Below are positions 55,086-64,000 of a stretch of DNA of 64,000 bases, in pieces. The stretch's first letter is position 1. Every line of letters starts with the position of its first letter. The notes under the pieces are model-generated. The model had not been told where the DNA came from. It saw only the letters and a program-made list of their open reading frames with translations, and made no database searches. Source of the stretch: Balanoglossus misakiensis (lineage: Eukaryota; Animalia; Hemichordata); assembly GCA_040954595.2 (NCBI GenBank), contig CM082582.2, positions 2,216,303-2,280,302 of the forward strand, in the 5' to 3' direction. The translations under genes and the position numbers were made by a program.

Positions 55086-56774
55086 CTATGTACAACTGAC
55101 AACAATGTTAAGTACAATAAAATCCTCATAAAATGTAGAAAGTTTAGCTTCAGTTGTTTTCCCAAACAATTCATCGAAATATATCCTCTCTATTGAAATG
55201 GCTTTTCTTGTGAATAACACAAAATCACACCATTGCAGTTTACAAGTAGCAAGTTGCATTTGTATTTGGGTATACCATTTTGATGTCCTCCTCAAACACA
55301 CTTTGCCATCTACATCCAAAAATACATGGTATTTGGGAACTCTAAGCTTGATATATCACATGGGAATATATTGCGGTGTTTGCTGGAACATTTGATTTCA
55401 CACATTTAAAGCTGGCAATGATAGTGATTTTACTAGCTATATTGGAGAATCTGTATCAGAAGCTGATATTGATTTTATGTCATCACTGACAGCTGATCAA
55501 AGCGATTATGAGGATTGGTATTTGTATAGACAAGGGAGCGTTACTGCCAGTATTGCACATGATATCGTTCACATGAAAGAAACTCAGGATTTGAATAACT
55601 ACATAGTCCAAAAAATTATGTCTGGCAGTCACAGGACAATACCTTCAACCCACATTGATTGTGGTATTACATGAACCTGTTGCTAAGCATTTATATCACG
55701 AGCAATACAAAAAGTTGCACCGGAAAGTGAAATTTCAAGATGTTGGCTTAGTCATCAGTTCTGACAAGTCATATCTTAGTTCAAGTCCTGATGGGAGGGT
55801 ATCATGCGAATGTTGTGGGACATCAAATGGCACCTGGATAATAGTTGGACATAGTTGGTCTTGGTGTGTCAGGTTCAGACTTATCCTTTCTAATGTCAAG
55901 CTCATCTATTTCCATAGGAGTGGACTCTTTGCGGGGTTTATCCCACTTACAGGGAACATCAGTACCAACTTGAATATTTCTGTCTTTGTGGCATCTATCG
56001 AAGTCGTTGATGCTAAACAACAATGCAACACAATGTTTGCATGTTCCATGCTCACTGTAAAAAAAATTCAGATACATGGTAAATGTTAACGCATGATTGC
56101 AGCATGATTTTGTTTATGCCTCTCTGTGACTGTCAAATGAAAACTGAGGTATTCAAACCTAAAACGTCAATGCATCAAATGGAGAATGAAATCATATTAA
56201 CTATTTTCAAACATTATCTAATTTTGCAAATCCTGATTTACAGTCCTCAACAGGACTTTAAATTAGTCAACAGATACTGTTGGAAAAACATAGACAATTC
56301 TGTCAGACTCTACTGACAGTTTTCTCATCGAAACACACAGATACAAAGCAAACCGAACTAAAAAACAAATGTCAAAATACATGTATAACCATGGTTATTT
56401 CAACCCACCATTTCTATGTACCTAGTCACACTGGTAGAACTAAAAGCCACGGTGGATTAAAATGATAAAATTTATATTAAAAAATACTTACGCAACACAA
56501 CTACAGCCTCAGAAGAGAATGGAGGTCGCTGACCCACTCGGTGATCGTCGCCTGATCAGGCAAAGTGATGTAGAATTGCTTTTGGCTGGGTCGCGATCGT
56601 CTGCTACCGTCCGCCTTTTTTGCTCGAAATTTCCTGGTCACCAGGCTCGAGTGGCCGAACGTCCAGTTCTATGGCTAACTCCACTACCTGAATTAGTCTA
56701 TCTTTCCTGGTATTACAGCAAGTTATACCTCTTTCCGACAAAAACTTTCTCAGGTCAGGAACTTATGTAAACAT
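55086..56774 (-). pseudogene. Spliced SAP-SWIM-YqaJ/lambda-exonuclease gene relic with an inverted internal segment
   Basis: Minus strand: SAP-like VPDLRKFLSERGI, GCSCVA plus GTAAGT donor (~56490), acceptor (~56056), GTCKHCVALLF (SWIM), then EIKC (~55399) and YTQIQMQLATCKLQWCDFV. The intervening W..R.G.VTAS and SSSPDGRVSCECCG motifs lie on the plus strand (~55403-55823). Confidence 0.8.
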
Positions 56775-58434
56775 GACCCCAGTCAGGACCGGAAGTCCAG
56801 TGGTCCCAACTCGCACGCCCTCAGGCGACAAGAGTCTATGAACTTTCTACTTTATTGAGAACTCGGAACCCGCGAATTGAAATTCCTTTTTCTAGTCTAA
56901 AAATTGATAGCATACAAATTCTTTTAATGGATATCAATCGTCATGTGACTAAAATATGTTACAATTTTTTGGCGATTTTTCACATGACCTTTGACCTACT
57001 TATCACGCGTTATTATTTCTGCATATCTAATTCCAGGCTAATCTATAAGGCTAGACGTTTGGTTTTTGATGAATGTGGATTAGTGTGTGATCAAAATATT
57101 TTGCTACTTTTCATGACCCCTTTGACCTCTGCTGACCTCATTAATTATGTGCATAGCTAATTACAGGCGAACCAATAGAGCTAGAGGTTTGGTTTTTGTT
57201 GGACATGGACCAGTATGGGATCAAAATTTTTGCCCAAATTTTGGGTGACCTCTGGTGACCTTTGACCTACTTTCGCATATCTCAGCATCCAGAGCAGATA
57301 CAGCCATGGCATTTGGCAGGATGGGACCAAAATGTAAAGCCACATTTTTGGGTCACCTGTGACACCTGCTGACCTCATTAAATATGCACATAGCTAATTA
57401 CAGGCGAACCAATAGAGCTACAGTTTTGGTTTTTGTTGGACATGGACCAGTATGGGTAAAAAAAAATTGCCCAAATGTTGGGTGACCTCAGGTGACCTTT
57501 GACCTACTTCACCCTATTTCAGCAGCAAAATACACACATCCTTGTTATGTCATGAGATAATACATACGATAGAAAATTATGTTTCTTCTCATTCATACTG
57601 TGCATATATAATTCAAGATCAGCGCTTGGGCCCGACAATGCTGCTCGCAGCTTTAATTATTAGGGCCCAAGCCCAGCAGGCTTGGGCCCTATTGGTATTA
57701 CTAGGGTTTTTTAGGGCCCAAGCCCAGCAGGCTTGGGCCCTATTGGTATTACTGGGGTTTTTCTTCTACTTCTTCTTCTTTTTCTTCTTCTGTCGTTTTC
57801 TTTGGCGAGGTAGATCTGGAAAACTGCTAAACCTAACAATTTCAAACTTGGCACAATGGTGCAGGCCAATGAGAGCTAGTGCAGTACCCTTGTGAATGTT
57901 AAATTAGTCACGTGACCTAATGACCATATATGGGCAAAATTTCCAAATCGGCCTTATTTGCATATGAATGGAGATATCAAAATTCTTTTAGCAACTTTTG
58001 CGGACCATGTGGTCAGTGTCCTACTTGCCAAATGTCAAGGCCATTGGCCATGCCAATTTTGAGAAGAAGATTTTTAAGTATTATTTTTCATATTTTTTTA
58101 CCAAGCCATGGGCCTATACTTTCCATAGTAAAGCTATGACCACATATTATTTTGGATAAATATGCATACATATCTCAAAATCTGTTAGGCCAATCATCTC
58201 CAACTTTGGTGTGCAGCTAGACTAGCATTTGTCAATAATTTTAAGCGAAAAAAAATAGTATGAAAAATCGACGGATTTTTTTATATTAATTTTTTTAATA
58301 AATTTATACCTTTACTTATACCTCTATGTCGATGTCTTATTGTGGAATTCTGGTCTGTGCAATAGTCCTGTACAGTGACTGTCTATTGGTCAGTGAGCAC
58401 AATGGCACCAAAATAAAAGGCACAATTTTAGGCT

Positions 58435-59750
58435 CACCTGTAACACCTGCTTAACTCATTAATTATGTGCATACCTAATTCTGGGCTAACTAAGAGGGCT
58501 AGAGGTTTCGTTCTTGTGGGACATGGACCAGTATAGGGTTAAACATTCCTGCCAAAATTTGGGGTGACCTCAGGTGACCTTTGACCTACTTTCCTGTATC
58601 TTGGCATCCACAGCAGGTACAGACTTGGCGTTTGGAGGGTTGGGACTAAAATTGAAAAGCCAAACTTGGAGGTCACCTGTGACACCTGCTTATCTCATTA
58701 ATTATGTGCATACCTAATTCCAGGCTAACCAATAGGGCTAGAGGTTAGATTTTTGTTGAACATGGACAAGTATTGGGTCAAAATTTCTTACCCAAATTTT
58801 GGGTGACCTCAGGTGACCTTTGACATACTTTCCTATATCTCGGCTTCCAGAGCAGGTACAGACTTGGCATTTGGAGGGATGGAACTCCTAATGGAGCCTT
58901 ACACTTTACGTCATTAAATATGCACATACCTAATTATAGGTGAACCAATAAGGCCAGAGGTCTGGTTTTTGTTGGACCGGGATTAGTATAGGGTCAAAAT
59001 TTACTGCCAAAATTTTGGGTAACCTCAGGTGACCTTTGACCTACTTTACCACATCTCGGTATCCCCAGCAGGTACAGCCTTGGTATTTGGAGGGATGGAA
59101 CTCCTAATGGAGTCTTACACTTTACCTCATTAATTATGTGCATACCTAATTCTAGGCTTGCCAATAGGGCTAGATGTTTGATTTTTGTTGAACATGGACC
59201 AGTATGGGATCAACATTTCTTGCCCAAATTTTGGTGACCTGAGGTGGCCTTTGACCTACTTTCCTATATCTCGGCATCCAGAGCAGGTACAGCCGTGGCG
59301 TTGGAGGGTTGGGACTAAATTGAAAAGCCAAAATTGGGGGTCACCTGTGACACCTGCTTAACTCATTTATTATGTGCATACCTAATTCCACGCTAACCAA
59401 TAGGGCTAGAGGTTTGTTTTTGTTGAACATGGATCAGTATGGGGTCAAAATTTCTTGTCCAAAGTTTGGGTGACCTTTGACCTATTTTACCTTATCTCGG
59501 TATCCAGAGTAGATACAGCCTTGGCATTTGGAGGGATGGAACACTTTACCTCATTAATTATGTCCAAAAATAATTCGAGGCGAACGTAGGCCTAGAGGTC
59601 TGGTTTTTGTTGGACCTGGATAAGTATTGGGTCAAATTTTTGGTGACCTCACATGACCTTTAACATTAATGTGGAAATAAGCACACACCTGTAATGGCAT
59701 GCCCTTGACCTCCGACCTAATTAATTATGTGCATATCTAATTCTGTGCTG
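58435..59750 (+). repeat. Expanded, progressively degenerate ~220-240-bp internal subrepeat (about six copies)
   Basis: Recurrent ctcattaattatgtgcatacctaatt...ggtgacctttgacctactt units near 58455, 58695, 58910, 59125, 59362, 59550 and a remnant near 59720. Confidence 0.85.
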
Positions 59751-60913
59751 ACAAATACACCTTGGATGCTAATTTCCGATGGAGAGGTACCAATAGTGGA
59801 CCAAACAATTTTTCCTAAATGTCACGTGATTTTACTGGGGATCTGTATTACCCGTACATTTGTCTGCTTAAGTTTGAAATGATTTCATGATATATTCAAT
59901 TATGAGCAAACACATTTCAGACAAAGTTTACTATTCTTTATTAAATGCTCACAAATAATCAAACATAAGAGGAAGTACAAGTTAAAAAAAAATTACTACA
60001 GTAGTAAAGAACAACATACCACATAATGTAATACTAATATGTAAATTGCAAAAGCTAAGTTTGATATGCGTGGGGTTTTCATCATTAGGGTTCATTTAAC
60101 ATTGACCTGTATCTCTACATGTTTTCTTATTTTCGTTTATACAATACACTTAGTATTCCACCCACAAAAATACTTTGTTCATCACACAACTCAATTGCAT
60201 AATGTTGTTAAAACTTTTACAAAACATGCAAGTCTATCATACATTTATCTTTGAAAATATTGAGCACAGTGTACTATGAACTTTTAATTCTTGTTAAGTA
60301 CATAGTGCTCATGATTACTTTGAAGTGGTAATATCAACCAGAAAAAGACTGAGATTCACTACATTCCAATATGCTATTCTTCAAAATGAAGAATGTATGT
60401 ATGAAATTGCAGTAACTGTGTATACTCATTGTGCAAATTGCACAGATTCACGAAATCTCAAAATAAACATTAACGTGGCAATAATAGAAACATATGCCTG
60501 TTACACTAAATAATACAAGGACATGTATAATTGACACAATGTGATTTCTTGCAACAAAACATTAATAGAGCTGGCTACAACTCATACAGAGCCCAGGAAA
60601 ACATAGACAATTGCACCTTATAGTCGAGATGTCTGTTGGACCAATAAATATATGGTGTACTGTGTAAAATCTTTCTCCATCGATTCAAGAAATTCAGTTG
60701 CATAATTGAACAACAACAATATCAACCAATTTTTAAAACATACTGCATTTACTGTGGCTGCATAATAGTAATTACATAAATGCATTAAATATGGAAGTTA
60801 ATTTGTAATTAACATAACACTGGTCAACAATACAAGTATGGCACTATAATGGACTATATTGTCTTACAATATTAGACCTATAACTGCATAAACATTACAT
60901 CAAATTTACTTAT

Positions 60914-61874
60914 CAGTAATTACCGGGTTTCACTGATAGTTCGCCCATCCAAAAAATTGCTCTTGGGTGATTTTTGGGCTGGTGGGCAACTATTTGGGAT
61001 TCTTATATTGAATTTCTGGCCGTGACATGGAAAATAGAACATCAACGATTCACCAAAGACATCCAGCGACAAATGATTACTGTACGTAAACATTCTGTCA
61101 CAGCAGGGTCCCCCTTTTTTACTATCACAAGGGAAATGACATGCAAAAATATTAAAGAAAAATACAATACACTTTGAATAACACCAGATTGAAAACAAGA
61201 CGATCTTGGAGACAAAAGTCAACAGTGCGCTGCTCTTCGCTTGAATTTCGCGAAGGATCGGTAGCACAGACTCCATTCGCTTTCCATGGGTTAACTGGCC
61301 AAGGTGATGAATCATGTCCATCTTCTGCTTGGAGGTCAGTACAGGCGGCTTTGCATCGCACAGCTTACCAGTGAACAGCACTGTTCATCTCAATGTAACA
61401 TGTGAATTCCATTGACGTCATATCTGCCATGGGGACAACGGTAAGCGCGTCCAATTCAACGGTGACCACAGAGTCCGAATCTGAGGAGATGGCTTTCTTA
61501 AAGCAACAAACAAGTGTTTGCGGCGTGACTTGGTCCCACAGCTCCTTCGCCATATACACGGCATCCAAGATGGTGAACATCTTCACAACATTGACAACTC
61601 ATATCAGCATCGGCGTCTAGGGCAGCGATGATGCGCATGTTCATGTTCGGTGGCAACGATCTCAACTAGATGTTTGTTAAAGCAATCTTCGGTGGGTAGG
61701 CAGAACAGCTGTCGAAGAGCAATCAGATGACATGCTTGCGCCCAAGTAGGTGTTTTAAAATGTAGCCAAATTATCGCCCGGGCGACTAATTGGTTCCAGG
61801 TGTGCACCTGTCAATTTCCTCAGTTTCCAATTAATTGCCCTGGGCGCACTATCAGTAAAACCCGGTAATAACTG
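60914..61874 (-). mobile_element. Tigger/pogo-like (Tc1/mariner superfamily) deleted element
   Basis: 33-bp TIRs cagtaattaccgggtttcactgatagttcgccc / gggcgcactatcagtaaaacccggtaataactg with 3 mismatches. TA follows the right end; the left flank is imperfect. Internal peptide TILDAVYMAKELWDQVTPQTLVCCFKKA matches the pogo/Tigger transposase C-terminal motif. Confidence 0.8.
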
Positions 61875-62577
61875 TAAGACTAATCACGTGATGGCATTAT
61901 ATATGCAATTTTCAATAACTATTGGAAGAGAAATATTCCCTCATTGAATATCACTTAAAAGCACATTTCACATTTTTACATCAAACAAAAGCAGTAATTC
62001 ACAGAAACTCTCACATATGCCAATTCAAGAAAAACAATATATTGTCTCAAATATATACATTATGTTTCAACAGATATTGGCCCCCGAAATTACAAAAACC
62101 ACCTATATATACACTTAAACACATTAATATCTCATAAATACATTTCAATTCATTGAACAGTTAATCAGTAAACATCAGGCATACCAATGACAATCACTGA
62201 TAAGTGTGTGTAAGCAACACAAAGAAATTGACAGGACTGTCTTAAAGGGGAAAGTTACTGATGCATATGATGTGATTGCAATCAATACAGAACAATCGCC
62301 ATAAAAATATACACAATGAATACAATGACAGTAATATACTAATTGTAATTATTGTCACTTTAAAGGGTCAAAATCACTGTTTGACTAATATGCACACAAA
62401 TACATAGAATTGCAGAATAAACATACTCGGTATTTTCTAGTCTGTATGGAAATCACACAACAAAAACTACTTCTCCTATCAAACAAAATACCCCCCCCCC
62501 CCTTAAAATCATAAACAACGACTTTGTCCCCTTATCCTACAGGACCTGCAACCACCCCCCCCCCCCCCCAATTAAGA

Positions 62578-62733
62578 CTCTGATTAATATCACCTGTACA
62601 GGCTCTTTGTCTTTATACTTGTCAGGTCTTCCTAATTCTTGTTTACTCCTGACATGTGAACAGGAGTAAAAAACGACACAGACCTGACCATGATAAAGAC
62701 AGAGCATATCTTTACAGCTGCCATTAATCAGAG
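62578..62733. repeat. ~155-nt imperfect fold-back downstream of the helicase ORF
   Basis: Outer arms ctctgattaat...gtcaggtct / agacctgac...attaatcagag, plus a perfect inner 10-bp stem tttactcctg / caggagtaaa (62642-62670). Confidence 0.75.
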
Positions 62734-62864
62734 ATTGAATTAAAACACAACAAATGTGGCCCCGTCACCATTAGATTGCCACACAATTTTTATTATCAGG
62801 ACGGGTTTATTCTTTGGAATTATTTTGCTGTATATCACGTTTGTCTCAATGTTAGTGTCAGTAT

Positions 62865-64000
62865 TCAAATCTGAATGCGTATGGCTTCATGAAAACTAAA
62901 GTATTTGGGTACAATCTCTACTGTGACATTTTCTATGCCTTTCACATATACATGGTCAATCAATGTACCAGCTTCTGTGGTTGCTCTATTAACACACTGC
63001 TTGAAACCACAGCATTGCATTAAATCCACAAGAGATGACGATGTGAATATGTTCTCATTGAAATCACCCATGATCACTATCCCACCATGGCGTTTACCCA
63101 TTTCATTCACTAAGAGAAGCAAGCTCTTCATGAATGTCTCCATTTTGTATGATGGTGGTCTGTAAACTACTGCTACTGTTACATTGATGTCTTCAACATA
63201 AAATGCCATATATTCTAGGTTAACAACAGGTAGATGCAAAATTTCAACGGTTCTGGGAATAGTACAGTACACTCCAACACCACCCCTATGTTGCGATTGC
63301 AAAGTTGCAGTATTGTTATTAAATTGATTATAGGATGAACTTCGAGGTTTGTGACTAAATACAAAACCACTGACTTCTAAATCAGATTCTATTGTTGTCT
63401 CTGATAGCCATGTTTCTGTCAAACAAATGAAGTCTGACTCCAAATATTCAGCACCACTGTGAATATCTTCAATGTGGTTTTGAACACCCTCAATATTATG
63501 CAGTATGAAAGTGCAAGCATGACTTGTCTGCAACTTTGTTTCACATGTATCAAGAAACTGTGGCATTTCTGCCAAAGCAGCCTGTATCTTTGGATTGCAA
63601 TAAATAGAAGATGTTTCAAATTCATCAATGACAAGACCTTCCAATGATGTCACTCGACTCAACGCAACATATGCCTGTCCTGGTGCAAACATCTTCTTTA
63701 AACTAACCACAGCTTTATCAACTGTCAATCCTTGTACCTTGTGCACTGTACATGCCCATGCTAGTTTCAGAGGAAACTGTCTCCTAATACCACCATTAAT
63801 TGCAACGGACAATTCCTGAGGTTCAATACGTGTGCTCCTTTCTGGTAACTGAACTACATTAGGTGTTTTCCTGCGCAACTTTTGCCCAACACTTACATTA
63901 TCAAACACCACATAAACAGCCGTTGGGAAAGTCCCAGATTCCTTCACTTCAATATGGCATACTGTTCCAAATACACCATTCACCAGCCCATCAGAAACAT
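62865..64000 (-). CDS. Helentron Rep/Helicase C-terminus: PIF1-family helicase fused to an apurinic-type (EEP) endonuclease
   Basis: The frame is open to the window edge. PIF1 motifs GLVNG, RRQFPLKLAWACTVHKVQGLT and GQAYVALSRV are followed by EEP motifs HNIEG, CLTETWL, GGVGVY, VYRPP, GDFNE, TLIDHVY and SFHEAI. This fusion is the hallmark of Helentrons. Confidence 0.93.
   Translation of the reverse strand, partial: VSDGLVNGVFGTVCHIEVKESGTFPTAVYVVFDNVSVGQKLRRKTPNVVQLPERSTRIEPQELSVAINGGIRRQFPLKLAWACTVHKVQGLTVDKAVVSLKKMFAPGQAYVALSRVTSLEGLVIDEFETSSIYCNPKIQAALAEMPQFLDTCETKLQTSHACTFILHNIEGVQNHIEDIHSGAEYLESDFICLTETWLSETTIESDLEVSGFVFSHKPRSSSYNQFNNNTATLQSQHRGGVGVYCTIPRTVEILHLPVVNLEYMAFYVEDINVTVAVVYRPPSYKMETFMKSLLLLVNEMGKRHGGIVIMGDFNENIFTSSSLVDLMQCCGFKQCVNRATTEAGTLIDHVYVKGIENVTVEIVPKYFSFHEAIRIQI

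Larger units (their letters stand above)
54011..56875. mobile_element. ISL2EU-like (PIF/Harbinger-related) DNA transposon, internally deleted
   Basis: Perfect 16-bp TIR tcgcgggttccgagtt / aactcggaacccgcga flanked by an AT duplication (equivalently a 15-bp TIR with AATT). Sister copies show the empty site gtgaaaaattgaaattcc. It carries THAP (+) and SAP-SWIM-YqaJ (-) relics in convergent orientation, the gene pair known for ISL2EU. Confidence 0.8.
19950..57656 (+). mobile_element. Cluster 2: large nested and tandem array of the same HINE-like elements (23 tails; continues beyond 57656)
   Basis: Tails end near 22027, 23438, 24872, 26552, 28332, 30084, 31589, 33074, 34492, 35973, 37315, 38731, 40156, 41580, 43005, 44429, 45854, 47522, 48939, 50369, 51794, 53374 and 57656. 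Bodies are ~1.35-1.7 kb with ~155-bp and ~238-bp internal subrepeats. Confidence 0.85.
57713..64000 (-). mobile_element. Candidate autonomous Helentron (partial; runs off the window)
   Basis: The family-B head at 57713 and B-type body (to ~59750) have no tail. The sequence passes into unique AT-rich DNA and then the 3' end of a helicase-endonuclease ORF. Continuity is inferred. Confidence 0.6.

Noticed and set aside
54011-56875. Kolobok assignment for the THAP + exonuclease element
   Set aside because: There is no TTAA duplication and no RR...YY termini. An AT duplication with THAP plus YqaJ fits ISL2EU better.
10571-57656. Simple head-to-tail satellite or rolling-circle concatemer as the sole explanation
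   Set aside because: It does not account for stacked heads, headless bodies, split linkers or the 5:5 balance in cluster 1. Only the 1680-bp and 2849-bp duplications look like tandem amplification.
10569-57720. TTAGGG at the start of nearly every head, suggesting telomeric repeats
   Set aside because: It is always a single unit, formed by target T's plus the agggccc stem. It is never tandem and is absent in variant heads.
10728-58139. Many recurrent short ORFs (MQISDLRNYK..., MALHFGPILP..., MTFDLL..., RAQAQASAWALL...)
   Set aside because: These are translations of non-coding repeats. They occur on both strands, are broken by frameshifts and stops between copies, and contain no recognisable domains.

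Overview
Eukaryotic, AT-rich, intron-containing animal DNA; a marine invertebrate origin is my inference. It is almost entirely transposon-derived. Left end: degraded spliced transposase exons, a Gypsy RNase H scrap, and the last exon of a minus-strand ROCO/DAPK-like (COR + death domain) gene with an in-frame stop. From 8.66 kb a decayed APE/RT LINE is the landing pad for two large clusters (10571-18497 and 19950 to past the window end) of 1.4-1.7 kb non-autonomous elements with DINE-1/HINE (Helentron) architecture: a palindromic subTIR 'head', a (TCTT)n or (CTT)n linker, internal tandem subrepeats, and a subTIR plus short hairpin 'tail'. These clusters are not simple satellites. Heads and tails nest like parentheses, because each new copy has inserted into the T-run or microsatellite just behind the head of an earlier copy. 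Cluster 1 balances exactly (5 heads, 5 tails) and the LINE reading frame resumes after it. Cluster 2 has 30 heads and 23 tails in the window. Its last opened head runs into unique DNA ending at a PIF1-helicase + AP-endonuclease ORF (62865-64000, minus strand), a candidate autonomous Helentron inside its own stack. Also present: an ISL2EU-like transposon with an internal inversion, a Tigger/pogo relic, a 1355-bp inverted templated insertion, and unequal-crossover duplications. All counts were made by eye; no database searches were run.
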